Made by a program: the position numbers and the translations under genes
From: Hemiscyllium ocellatum
Lineage: Eukaryota
Direction: 5' to 3'
Length of the DNA: 64,000 nucleotides
Assembly: GCF_020745735.1 (NCBI RefSeq)
Contig: NC_083417.1
Coordinates: forward strand, 64,480,001 to 64,544,000
In this document: piece by piece, positions 26,826 to 39,010 of the stretch
Layout of the letters: every line of letters starts with the position of its first letter
How positions within the stretch are numbered: the first letter of the stretch is position 1
Notes under the pieces: model-generated
Databases searched by the model: none
The model's input: the letters and a program-made list of their open reading frames with translations, nothing else
What the model was told of the DNA's origin: nothing

Positions 26826-27309
26826 CTTGAATTTGGTTTTGTCAAACTTAGACACTATGCAAGCAAGTCCCTGTCATGGCTATCAGCTCATTTTATGCTT
26901 TCAACTTTTTTTCTCTTGTTAGTTTAGCTTTATGAAAAACCTGTCTGACTGTCAGATTCAGCTATCGTAATGTCATTGTCAGAACTAAATCAGCTACTCA
27001 TGTGTGAGTTCAAATTGGAATATGACTTCAAGTTGAAGGTGCATTATCTGCTTTCATTCTATTTGACTTTACCGAGGCATGTTGTCCTCTATCATTAATT
27101 CCTTGGACAAATTTTTCTTCCTTTTTTTCAAGCTATCTGAAAATTTTCTTTTTCTAGGTTTTTTTTATTGTTGTCATGAAGCTATTGTCAACTGATAATA
27201 TTTCTTAAATTGTCCCAGTTGGCCAGATTATAGCATTCATCGCTACCTGCTGGATATGCTTTGCAAATGGGATTCTTTTTTGGAGCTATGACATATGGTC
27301 AATATGTCA

Positions 27310-28175
27310 GACAGTCAGAGACATGGACAGCACAAAAAAAATCTTTCATTCCAACTTATCCATGCTGCCCAGATATCGTAAATTAATCTATTTCTATTTG
27401 CCAACGTTTGGCAACTTCCTCCAAATCCTTCCAATTCAAAAATCTATCTAAATGCCTTTTAAATGTTGTAATGGTACCAGTCTCTACCACTTGCTCTGGA
27501 AGCTCATTCCAGATATGCATTACCTTCTGCATGAAAAATCTGCCCCTTAGGTCCCTTTTAAATATTTCCCCTCTCCCCTTAAACCTATGACTAACAGTTT
27601 TGAACTCCCCTACCTCGAGGAAAGGACCTTCACTATTCACCCTATCCAAGCTCCTCATGATTTTCCAAACTTCTATCAGGGAATTCCCTCAGCCTGCAAC
27701 GTCCCAGAGAAAGCAATCCCAGTCTATTCGATTTTTTTCTCATATCTCTAACGTTACACCTTCAATGCATTGTCCTGGTAGAATATTCTACCAGGACCTT
27801 ACCATGAAGTATTTAAATCCTGCCCTGAATTGCCATGACAAAAGATCGTAGCTCACATTTATCGAGATGAAACTCCATCTGCCACACATCAGCTCATCGA
27901 GCCAGCTGATTAAGACCTCTTTGTACTCTAAAGTAACCTTCTTGGCTGTCCACTACACCATCAATTTTGATGTAATCTTCAAATGTACTACCTATGCCTT
28001 CTTATATTCATATAAAATCGTTTATAGGTTTGCAGAAAAACATTGGACCCAGCACCAATCATTGTGGCACAAAACTGATCGCTGGCCTCCAGTCTGAAAT
28101 GAAAGCCTTCACCAGCACCATCTGTCTCCTACCTTCCAGCCTATTTTGTGTCCAAATGGCTAGTTCATCCTGTAT
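27310..28175 (-). mobile_element. CR1 3' fragment
   Basis: Peptide KRDLRGRFFMQKVMHIWNELP. Confidence 0.8.
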
Positions 28176-28179
28176 TCCA

Positions 28180-28960
28180 TGTGTTATAACCTCAAGGTTG
28201 GCATGAAGATTTGTAGCTCAGGTGTTGTTTCTTGTGGTTGTGGGTTTGTTGACCGAGCTGGGAAGTTGATTTGCAAATGTTTCGTCCCCTGTCTCGCTGA
28301 CACCTTCAGTGTTTTGGAGTCTCCTGTGAAACACTGCTGTATTGTGTCTTCCGGAATTTATTTGATTCCATTCCTTCTCCTGCTGGTTGCTGGTTCCTAT
28401 CGTTTGTTGACGTGGCCAGTTTATTTTGTCTGGAACCACGTGTTTTTTGATGGTGTCTGTGAATGAGTGTCATGATTCTAGAAATTCTCTGGTTGCCCTC
28501 TATTTAGCTTGTTCTATGGTCGTTGTGTTGTCCCAGTCGAATGGGTGGTACTTGTCATCTGTGTGTATGGCTACGAAGGACAGTTATTCAGGCATTTAGT
28601 GGCTAGTTGGTGTTCGTGGATGTGGATTGCTAGCTGTCTGCCTGTTTGTGTTAGATGTTACTTCATGCAATCGTTTCATGGAATGTTGTAAACTATGCGA
28701 GTCTTGTAGGTAATGGGCATTGGGTCTTTTGTTCTGGTGAATTGTTGTCTGAGCGTGTCTGTTAGATTATATGCTGTCATGAATCCAAGTGGTACGACAA
28801 GTCTGGCTATTAGTTCCGTGACATTTTTTATATAAAGTAGCGTGGCCAGTATATTTTGTTATGGCATGTCTTGTTGCATTGTTTGTCTGCTAACGGCCAG
28901 AATGTTTGCCGTCTGCCCCTTCATTTCTGTTGCAACTTCCAAACTGACATGCCAATGCAT
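28180..28960 (-). mobile_element. Decayed Penelope GIY-YIG/pLTR fragment
   Basis: Clear nucleotide similarity to 3020-3800, with a degenerate hammerhead near 28270-28310. Confidence 0.8.
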
Positions 28961-29059
28961 CCACATTCTTTCTTGCTATTCCAAAAGTAAAGCTGTTAGA
29001 AACTTGAATATTAATTCACTGGATTTAATGAACAAGTCAAAACAACAGCAGTTTAAAAG

Positions 29060-31620
29060 GGAGAAGAGCAGACAAAGGAAGCACATGGTGAGGGCAGTGC
29101 AGGAGAGAGAGAGAGAGAGAGATAGAGAGAGAGAGACAGAGAGAGAGAAAAAAAAAACCTGCACAGTTACCGCTTTTGCTGTTTGAATTCATGTATCGCT
29201 GGACAGCGGAGTGCATCTGGGAAAATTAACGAACAGTGAAATTTACACCTAATCTTGCAGGAACTGTTGGGTGAAGTTCACAGCACAGAATCAGATCAGT
29301 TAATTGTTGTTTTAAGTCTGTCCAAGAGAAAAGCCGCAGTAGTGAGTATAGTGGATTCTTTCTTTATTATATGTTTTTGGAGATAAGTCTCCTGATTGAA
29401 CTTAAGATATAAGCCATAGCTATTAATTTACCCTGGGGCAGTGTATGCAGAGTAATAAGACGGTGTTATTTTCTGGGTCTGTAGATTGTGAAGGATCAAA
29501 AGTGGCCTTTGCAGTGATATGTACTTCTTCTCAGATGTGGGAGGTTAGAGAGTTTAAGGGTTACTTCAGATTATATCTGCCATAGATACTGTTGGACAAT
29601 ATATTCCTGTCAGGGTGAAAGGGAAGGCTGGTATGTATAGGGAATGCTGGATGACTAAAGAAATTGAGCGTTTTTTTAAGAAAACGAAGGAAGCATATGT
29701 CAGGTATAGACAGGATAGATCGAGTGAATCCTTAGAAGGGTAAAAAGGAAGGAGGAGTATACTTCAGAGGTAAATTAGGAGGGCAAAACGGGGACATGAG
29801 ATAGGTTTGGCAAATAGAATTAAGGAGAATCCAAGGGTTTGCACAAATATATAAAGAACAAAAGTTTAACTAGAGAGAGAAAAGGTCCCCTCAAAGATCA
29901 GCAAGGCAGCCTTTTTGAGGAGCCACAGAAAATGGGGGAGATATTACATGAATATTTTGCATCAGTATTTACTGTAGAAAAGGATAGGGAAGATACAGAC
30001 TATAGGGAAATAGATGGTGACATCTTGAAAAATGTCCAGATTACAGCTGGATGTCTTGAAACGGTTAAAAGTGGATAAATCCCCAGGACCTGATCAGGTG
30101 TACCCGACAACTCTGTGGGAAGTAAGCGAAGTGATTGCTGGGCCTCTTACTGAGATATTTGTATCATTGATAGTCACAAGTGAGGTAACGGAACGCTGAA
30201 GGTTGGCAAATGTGGTGCCACTGTTTAAGAAGGGTGGTAAAGACAAGTCAGGGAATGATAGAGCGGTCAGCCTGACCTCGGTGGTGGGCAAGTTGTTGGA
30301 GGGAAGCCTGCGGGACAGGATTTATATGTATTTGGAAAGCCAAGGACTGATTAGGGATAGTCAACATGTCTTTGTGCGTGGGAAATCATGTCTCATAAAC
30401 TTAATTGAGTTTTTTTGAAGAAATAGCAAAGAGGATTGCTGAAGGCAGAGCAGTAGATGTGATCTATATGGAATTCAGTCATGCATTCAACAAGGTTCCC
30501 TATGGGAGACTGATAAGCAAGGTTAGACCTCATGGAATACAGGGAGAACTAGCCATTTGGATACCGAACTGGCTCAAAGACAGAGGGTGGTGGTGGATTG
30601 TTGTTTTTAAGACTGGAGGTCTGTGATCAGTGGAGTGTCACAAGGATCGCTGTTGGGTCCTCTACTTTTTGTCATTTACGTAACTGATTTGGATGCAAGC
30701 ATAAGAGATACAGTTAGTAAGTTTGCAGATGACACCAAAATTGGAGTTGCAGTGAACAGCGAAGAGGGTGACCTCAGATTACAACAGGATCAGGACCAGA
30801 TGGGCCAATGGGCTGAGAATTGGCAGATGGAGTTTAATTCAGATCAATGCGAGGTGCTGCATTTTTAGGAAAGCAAATCTTAACAGGACTTATACACTTA
30901 GTGGTAAGGTCCTAGGAAGTGTTGCTGAACAAAGATACCTTGTAGTGCAGGTTCATAGCTCCTTGAAAGTGGAGTCATAGGTAGATAGGATAGTGAAGAA
31001 GGCCTTTGGTATGCTTTCCTTTATTGGTCAGAGTATTGAATACAGGAGTTGGGAGGTCGTGTTGCGGCTGTACAGGACATTGCGTGCAATTCTGCTCTCA
31101 TTCCTGTTGGAAAAATGTTGTGAAACTTGATAGGGTTCAGAAATGATTTACAGATGTTGCCAGGGTTGGAAGATTTGAGCTTTAGGGAGAGGCTGAACAG
31201 GCTTGTGCTGTTTTCCCTGGAACATCGGAGGCTAAGGGGTGAGCTTATCGAAGTTGACTCGATTATGAGAGGTATGGATAGTGTAAATAGGCAAAGTTTT
31301 TTTCCCTGGGGTCGGGATGTCCAGACCTGGAGGGTATAGATTTAGGGTGAGAGGGAAAAGATATAAAAGAGACCAAAAGGGCAACTGTTTCACACAGTGG
31401 GTGATATGGATATGGAATGAGCTGCCAGAGGAAGTGGGAAAGGTTGGTACAATTGCAACATTTGAAAGGCATTTGGATGGTGATATGAATAGGAAGGGTT
31501 TGGAGGGAGTTGGGTGGGGAGCTGGCAGGTGGGACTAGGTTGGATTGTGAGATCGAGACAGCATGGACGGGTTGGACCAAAGGGTCTGTTTCCATGCTGT
31601 CCATCTCTATGATTCTATGA
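29060..31620 (+). mobile_element. CR1 retaining its 5' UTR with (GA)n and the ORF1 start, internally deleted, with decayed ORF2
   Basis: ORF1-like AFAVICTSSQMWEVRE near 29505-29555; RT peptides NVVPLFKKG and SKFADDTK; intact 3' tail. Confidence 0.8.
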
Positions 31621-33194
31621 CTTTGTTTTGATATTGCAACGAGAGATTGCTGTTTAAAAATCTACTGTGAAGAAATAAAACACAGTACCATTTCTATAGA
31701 GCTGTGCTCGTTCTCTTCAATGCTTTATAGCTTGAAGAAAAATAGATTGGGTTTTACGCTCCATCATAGTAACTTTGAAGTAACAACAATTTTTAAAAAA
31801 GATGAAAAGATGACATAAGTTGGTTCGATTGATTCTTTACTTAAAGGGTAAAGGAACTTTAAATGTTAATCGCTGTTGGAAGCAGAATATGCGAAGAATT
31901 GTTGTAAAGTCGAAATTGGAAACTGCACTGATGGACGCAAGAGGATGGCTGAGATGATTTGAATGATTCTTTAAAAATGTCAGATCACAGAACATATTTG
32001 ATATTTTATGTTTCCACACAGATAGATGTGAGCTCAGTAACTGTGTAATATTTGCAACAATTTCATGAGAGATTCAGAAGATTCATGGATTATTCCACAG
32101 ACTGAACTGTCAACAATTCCATATCAGTAACATCAACAAGACTGGCAATCATAAGACAACAAAACAACACAGAACTCTAATCATTGATCTCTGATTATCA
32201 CTCAGGATATGCTGATTTGTAGTAGGCAGTATGGCCTATAGACCAAACTTACATATTTGTGTTTATGATTCATGCACAAGAATGCCCAGATCCCTTGGCT
32301 TTGCATGTTTTTGATGTTGTCCTCATTTGATTAATGTGCTTCCCACAAAAGATAAATGATCTCACAAATTCTTACATTTAATTCAAAAGGCCAGATATGC
32401 GCTCATGCATTTGACTTATCTAGATATTTTCTAAGATTCCAAAAGTCCTGTTGCAAAAGGTCCTCCCATCTATTTTTGTGGCATCAGCAAATTTGGATGC
32501 ATTACACTTCGCTCATTACCTGAAGAATCTTTAAAAATATTCTTCACTTCAGGTATATGACTTCATTGATTGAATCAGCATTCATTGCCCAATGCGAGTT
32601 GCCATTGAAAAGGTACTGGGAAGCTTCCTTCTTTAACTGCTGTGGCCCATTTTAAGTTAGGTACACGTTGAAAGTATTTTCTTTATAGTTCTGCGTTTCT
32701 TAATCCTGCGGAATAAAATTAGAACGATTAGTTTTGAAACCCAGAGATTTACTAGGATTACTGCATCTCTATCAAGTAAGGAATTTCAAGTCATGGAGTT
32801 GCATACACGTGAAGCTGATTAGTTTGTGAACGAGAGACTATTCAATCACAACTGCCCTTCGCCTGCCAACCACAAGGGTATCGGCTGTCAGTCAGCACAT
32901 AGGCTTCGGCTGTGAGTCAGATCAAAAGAGAAACCAGCACAGCAGATGCAGACAGAAACTTTGTATCTCTATTCTCTGCAGTAGACCTCTTTAATCCAAA
33001 AGAAATTGAGGCTGTCTTTACTTCAGAAGATGCTACAATTTGTGATTTTTAACTGGAGAGGATGAGTGACTCAACAGGTCACTTTGATACAGGGAGACAT
33101 TCAAGTGAGGGAAGGAAGTAAGAATGTAGTACAAATTGGGCACAACACGATTATATGAATAGAAACTGTTCACCGCACCAAGAGGAAGAGCACA

Positions 33195-33350
33195 AAAGAA
33201 TGTGCTGCCTATCCAATGGAAAGGTTAAAGACATCTCATTTGGAGTGGAACAAAACTTGCAGAGGTACGGGAAGGATCCAGGTGCTGATATTTATGCTGG
33301 AAGCAGTGACACTGATAAGACAAGAAAGAATGCTTTTTCTGAAATATTTT
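33195..33350 (+). mobile_element. CR1 ORF1 esterase-like fragment
   Basis: MCCLSNGKVKDIS...GKDPGADIYAGSSD resembles the CCLPGARVKD...VHVGTND region of CR1 ORF1. Confidence 0.5.
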
Positions 33351-33679
33351 GAATAGTTAGGAGCTAGATTAGAAATAAGTACCTCAAAGTAACAACACAG
33401 AACTGCAGATACTGGAAATCGGGACCTTGAGTGGTTGAACTCGATACTGAATCGGGAAGACTGCAGGTTCCCCAAGCTGAGAATGAAATGCCATTCTTCT
33501 AGCTTGCACTAGCTTTCACTGGAGTGCTGCAGCAAGCCTGCTTGACCGATGTTGGCCTCAGAACACAATGGTGCAATGACGTTGAATGCAACAAGGAGCT
33601 CAATGTCATTTTTTTGCAGATACAATGCAAGTGTTCTCTAAAGCGGTATTGAAAAACGGAATCTGTTTTCATGTCTGTA

Positions 33680-34002
33680 GCCTCATCGCCATGGACCCAG
33701 TTTCGAATCCACTCTCGGGCGACTGTCGTTTATATGCAGTTTGCACAATTTCCCCGAGTTTGCATGGGTTTACTCCGGGTGCACCGGCTTCCTGCCACGG
33801 TCCAGACATGTGCAGGTTAGGTGAATTAGCCATGCTAACTTGCCCACAGTGTTCGGGGATACCTAGATTAGGTGCATTAGTCATGGGAAATATAAAGTAA
33901 TAGGGTAGGCAAATGGGTCTGTGTGGAAAATTTTCCAGAAGATCAGTGTGGACGCATTGAGCCGAATGGCCTGTTTCCACTCTGTAGGAATTCTATGATT
34001 CT
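33680..34002 (+). mobile_element. Older HE1-type SINE
   Basis: Diverged V-domain and ttctatgattct tail. Confidence 0.75.
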
Positions 34003-35964
34003 AAAATTGGGACTCATACGAAGTAATGCAACACTGAGTACAAAATTTCCCCTTCGCTATTTTTGCCTTGCAATTGAGCTATTCAGGATTAAAAACTTAC
34101 AGTCGAAGCATTATTTATGAAAGACACAAATGCCCAGGCTTCCCTACTAAATGTCCAAGGGGAAAAATTTCCATACTTGGGCAGGCTCCCTCCTGTGAAA
34201 CCAGAGCCAACGCTCATACACACTCATAGGGGCAGGGAGGTACAAATTGCTGAGGGAAATTTGAGCAATGGGTGATGTTGACACTGTCTCGTGAAATATC
34301 CTGACACATTTCCTTTGCCTTTCATGCAAAAGTGCAGGTGTCAATTAATTTTATTCGTACCTTTGAGATAAGGACGACACATGGGTTAATGGCTTCATTG
34401 TTGCCAGGCGTTAGGAGGGTTTAGTTATGGGTATCTATGTGATATGCTTTCTCTGTTAAAGACCTCATATTAGAAGATTCCTACAGCCCCCTGCTGCACA
34501 AGTGGAGACACTCATTCTCTATATTTTTTGCCATTGTGACGCACATTGTCCAGCTCAAAATTCCAGCAAGATCGAAGAAAACAGTGGTACCTTAAAATAT
34601 GAGGTGACCATACCAGGCATGGTCTTACACTTATCCTCCTCCTTGCCACAGTGACCGTTACGACAGATGAACCACGTTTCTCCCTGACTCCTTTTCTAAC
34701 TGTCCTTTTATATGACGTGGTCATTCAAACACAGTTGCTGCAACCCTTTCACAATTGTCAGTCCTCCTTCCCCCACTTAGCCTGAAGCATCCAGACTGCA
34801 CGATCAGATTGCCATGACCCCTTCAAGTGACAACAGTCTCCCTATGTTGATCCCAGGTGAACATAGAAACAAATCTCGTCTACTCGATCCTTCAGCTCTG
34901 ATCAGCCATTGAATAATATTCATGGCCGATCAAATTTTAGCCACAATTTTCCATTCCCTTGGTAATCAACAATTTAACAATTTCTGCTTTAAATTATTTT
35001 AAGATTCTATATCCACTGCTTTTTGAGCAAAGGGACTCACACTCCTAAGAACATAAGAATATAAGAGCCACAAGCAGGTAAAACAAATGCCATCCCTCCA
35101 TTCAGCTCCACCATTCGACACAAACATGATTGATTTCCTTTCGTCCTCAACTACATTTTCCTGCTCGCTCCGAATTTCTCATTCATCATCTGAGACATCT
35201 TCATTTCTCATCACACTTTCCGTTTAGTTTCCGTGAACGGACCTGACAGGACAGCTCTGGGCAAGCTGTGGCCAGATTCTTCACTCGTGTCCATCAATCT
35301 GCCGAGTAGTTTTAATCCCACCCTTGGACTAATCTCCGTGAAGCCAAAGGACTGGCGATATTCCAGTCCTTAGACTGCAGACTATGACCAAGACCAACCT
35401 GATCAGGGACCTCACTTTTCCTTGTCCTTTAGAATTGCATGAGAGATTGCTCTTCACTTCATGTTCCAAATCATCCTGAATGCTTAGTACCACCAAGGTT
35501 TTGAGAAATGGCTACACATGATGTGCCTTTGGCTCATAAACTGTTGACACTGATTGTAGGGTTAGACTGACAGAGCACATTGCCGACATCAGGTTCAATG
35601 TCCTATTGATAAAGAATTGCTCATCTGCAAATCAAAGTTGCATGGCTTTGAGACTTCGCTAATAGTAGGGTAAAGCATAGATTCTGAGATGATACAAGAG
35701 GTCAGTAATTGAATTCACGAGAAGTGAGCAAGCGAGGCAATATTCCATGTACTCAAAGTGTCTTTCCACCCGACTTTCAACACAGGTCATTGGTGCTCTT
35801 GACAACAACTAAGTAAAATTTATCTGGTATTTGAGTACAAGTACTATCTATTGCTATCTGATATATCGCTGCAATGCTTATACACGGAGAAGTGAAATTT
35901 AACACGCCGGAAGTTCAAATCTGAAAAAAATGCAATCAAAACACGACCAAGTATCTTCTGCATC

Positions 35965-36149
35965 TTATTTGTTACGGCTTGCTATTTCTTGCTGGTGCAT
36001 AGTTATCTTTTGTTCCTTTTCGTCTTCAGTCTGCAGCGCTGCACACTCTGTGCCTTCTTTGGGATTTTGATACTTATCAGGTTTCATTGGACTACTCAAC
36101 GTTAGCGCAGTATTTGTCACCTTATCAGCGACAGCGTCTTGTGCGACCT
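35965..36149 (-). CDS. Gene B terminal exon: SIRP-alpha-like tail with degenerate tyrosine motifs
   Basis: Acceptor gctgcctttag|, phase 1, 60 aa to TAA at 35965 (ORF 35965-36162): DKVTNTALTL...EGTECAALQT. Confidence 0.7.
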
Positions 36150-36419
36150 CTAAAGGCAGCATTTAGAAATATTGTTGAAGTAATATGGAACAGGATGTCT
36201 GCAAAGTGGTCATCAGGAGGACATGGAAATGATTTTCTGTATCCCTCATAATCAATGTCAACTGAGGCAAAAGCCTTCACTGACATCCTGAATCTCGATT
36301 TCATCCTAATAATGTAAATTCTTCTTAGGTTATTCAGTTTTACCTCAGCGTACGTGCGTCTCTCTACTTCAAATATACGTCTTGGAGTTCTCTTGCCTCT
36401 TCTGAATTCTGCCGCATAC

Positions 36420-36435
36420 CCTCCGACGGCGCTTC
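36420..36435 (-). CDS. Gene B putative 16-nt cytoplasmic microexon (EAPSE)
   Basis: Acceptor ctctatccatcgcag|, donor GAG G|gtatgc. It supplies the phase 0 to 1 link needed to reach the last exon; other donors are possible. Confidence 0.4.
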
Positions 36436-36935
36436 CTGCGATGGATAGAGGCAAAATATTTAATAAAGTCCCTATTTCATGTCTTCAACAATTCGTTCGC
36501 CAAGCAGTGAACAAATGTACCATTGGCCCGACATCGCCTGCAGAATCCACGTTTCAGATATATTCATGTGATTACAAACATTACTGCATTGTGGGCAATT
36601 TTACAATCTAAACTTTTCTTCACGTGCATAACATAATGTTTCAATGTCAAAAAGTGTCGGCATTGGAGAGGATTTGTTTTCAATCGAAATAATGACTGAA
36701 AGTGTAAAGTGTTATGAGCTAGAAACATTCTTATAAATATGACCAGATTTTAAATATCCAATTAACATTATTTATCAAAAAGAGCATTGCACCAACTGCA
36801 TTTCAAAGGTCGTTGAGTGAGCATTTACTTCAATAAATAACCCGAAAACGTTCAGAGGTGATTAGCATATTTCTGCCATCACTGCAAGCATCCCGGGCAT
36901 TGCAAACCCCTGTGGTGATGAAGGAATGAACTCAC

Positions 36936-36979
36936 CACCTTGTCAAGACGATCCGGTTCCCTTGTGCATTCTCCATCAT
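36936..36979 (-). CDS. Gene B cytoplasmic exon (NDGECTREPDRLDKV)
   Basis: Acceptor ttggtattcag|, strong donor GTG|gtgagt, 44 nt, phase 1 to 0, open. Confidence 0.7.
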
Positions 36980-37206
36980 CTGAATACCAATGAAATATAA
37001 TTACACTGTGAGATGGAATTATTAACTCAGTTTCCGTATGGAAAATGAAGTGCTACATTTCTGAATCAAAGCGATAGAAAAAGACTGTCAATGTTCAGTT
37101 GATACACACCAATAATGAAGAAGGGAGAATATTACATGGTCAACAGCAGTTTCTAATCTTCCCGTTCTTAAAGGAAGAATCATTGCTCAGAAGAAGAATC
37201 ACATTG

Positions 37207-37394
37207 CCAGCTTCATTTCTGGCAGGGTACAGTTCATTAGTTATGTTCAAAAGTGACGTTTTACTTTGGAAACTAATACTCCTGAGAAATATTAACATTC
37301 TAATGAATTGTACCCTGCCAGAAATGAAGCTGGTAACGTTCAAAAGTGACGTTTTTACTTGAAAACCAATACTTCAGAGAATTATTAACATTCT
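37207..37394. repeat. 34-bp inverted repeat whose spacer is also directly duplicated
   Basis: 37207-37240 vs 37300-37333 (1 mismatch); 37245-37300 repeated at about 37338-37394. Confidence 0.9.
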
Positions 37395-37587
37395 GATAGC
37401 AAAGTTATAACGATTTCTGCGTTAGGAAATGGGTCTGAAACAATCTGAATTCGCTAAGACAGTAAGCATTGGGTTTGCACCATTAAATCATTTCGCTTTC
37501 TCCCGAAAATACTAATTCCCTTTCATCCCCTTTATTGTCCTCACACATCAACTAGATCGATAATCAAGAGTTGACAGTATTTCTTAC

Positions 37588-37701
37588 TTCTGTTAGATAG
37601 AAGTCCATATCGCGTTACAATTATGGTCACAAGCACGAGAAACGAAAATCCAAGTGCCGCACAAATTGGAGTCCTAAAACTGAGTGAACTGTTGATACTG
37701 T
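37588..37701 (-). CDS. Gene B exon 4: stalk plus transmembrane segment (DSINSSLSFRTPICAALGFSFLVLVTIIVTRYGLLSNR)
   Basis: Acceptor ctcttaattttgcag|, donor AGA A|gtaaga, 114 nt, phase 1-1. About 18 uncharged hydrophobic residues followed by R. Confidence 0.85.
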
Positions 37702-38689
37702 CTGCAAAATTAAGAGGACATTAATTGCTGGTGGTGCTTGGATAGGAACTATTAAAAACTATAAGAACCGCATTATTGAAAGGCAGTGAAAAAGGAGAAG
37801 TGCCAAATATTCTTTCAGTTGAATGTCGAAGTCACTTCCATTTCCAATAGATGGCAAATTCTGAATCAGTTTCTGGAATGGTTTGTTGGTTTGTACATCA
37901 CAAAGGACCGTTTTGCAAAGGTCTGGACACAAAACTGGGCGATTACCCTTGGACTAAAATACTGTTCTTCTTGACTTTATTACGTATTAACACGCGTTTT
38001 CTTGAAATTAGAGTCATGATTTCACAAGCATTTTCTTCGCTGGTCACATCAAATTCTAAAATGGGGCGATCGGATGACGAATCTTTTGCAAATAAGTGAA
38101 CTATCTTTTTGATATTCATTGTATAACAAAAGACATCTACTGCTTTGTAAATTGTCGTTTTACGACAGGACAATACATTGTCAAAGTTAATGCATTAACT
38201 TTGCCGCACCATAGACAAGTCTCGTCCTCAAATAAGCTTTATGTTAAGTGTGAGCGTGATCCCGATTAAACGTGCCATGGATAGGTGAGAGATAATACAG
38301 TACTTGGGAAGGGATGTCTTAGAATTCTGCCCTGGACACAACCAACGGGGAATGCAGGGTGGGCGAAACCAAACAAAACAAAGACCTCCCTACAACAGTA
38401 TAGGGAAAGTAGGTAGTCGGCAGGAATGAAGGATTTTCACACGTAAACAAAACTGGTGAATGAGATGAAGGCAGAAACGGATAGAATAGCTCACGTCTCA
38501 ACATTATTACTACGACAAAAATAAATGAATTAGAATGCAAATAAGGTTTTGTTGCTTTCAACACAAATGCCAACTGAATGTAAGGAATTAAAATATGGCA
38601 TTTCCCACGAAAACACTGCAGATTAGCTCCATAACATGCATACATTATGTGATGCATTTCGTTACATACTATAACAATAGTTAACTCGC

Positions 38690-39010
38690 CTTGTTGGTCT
38701 CCAGAAAGTGTGAAAATATTGTGGACGACGACAGCAGGAGTCTTTAGGGAGACGTGAGATACCGAACAGGTATAAATGGTATGACTCGAAGGAGGTTGAG
38801 ACACAGCCAAAGAACTGGATACTTCATACAGCCCCTCGCCGTTCTGCACCTGATTAGTATTTTTTCCGACTCTAGTTTCGGAGCTGTTTATATACCAGGC
38901 GAGAGTGAAATCGTCCGGATAAAATGGAACTGTTTCACACAGAAGGGTCAAAGAAGCTGGTGAGGTTTCTTTAACTAACTTGGACGTAATTTTCAGTGGT
39001 ACTGGGGAAA
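38690..39010 (-). CDS. Gene B exon 3: Ig C1-set domain
   Basis: Acceptor ctcttcatgcag|, 321 nt, phase 1-1, open. Motifs LTLLCETVPFYP, LAWY, NGEGLYEVSSSL, YTCSVSH. The 3' boundary is a GC donor (CAAG|gcgagt). Confidence 0.9.

Noticed and set aside
35985-36006. ITM could be a frameshifted third ITY motif
   Set aside because: Restoring the base gives ITYAPA, which is not YxxL/V/I.
38120-38235. LVYGAAKL.ALTLTM, a TM-like peptide with Lys suggesting an activating receptor
   Set aside because: Needs a frameshift and has no phase-compatible splice sites; the exon at 37588-37701 fits cleanly.
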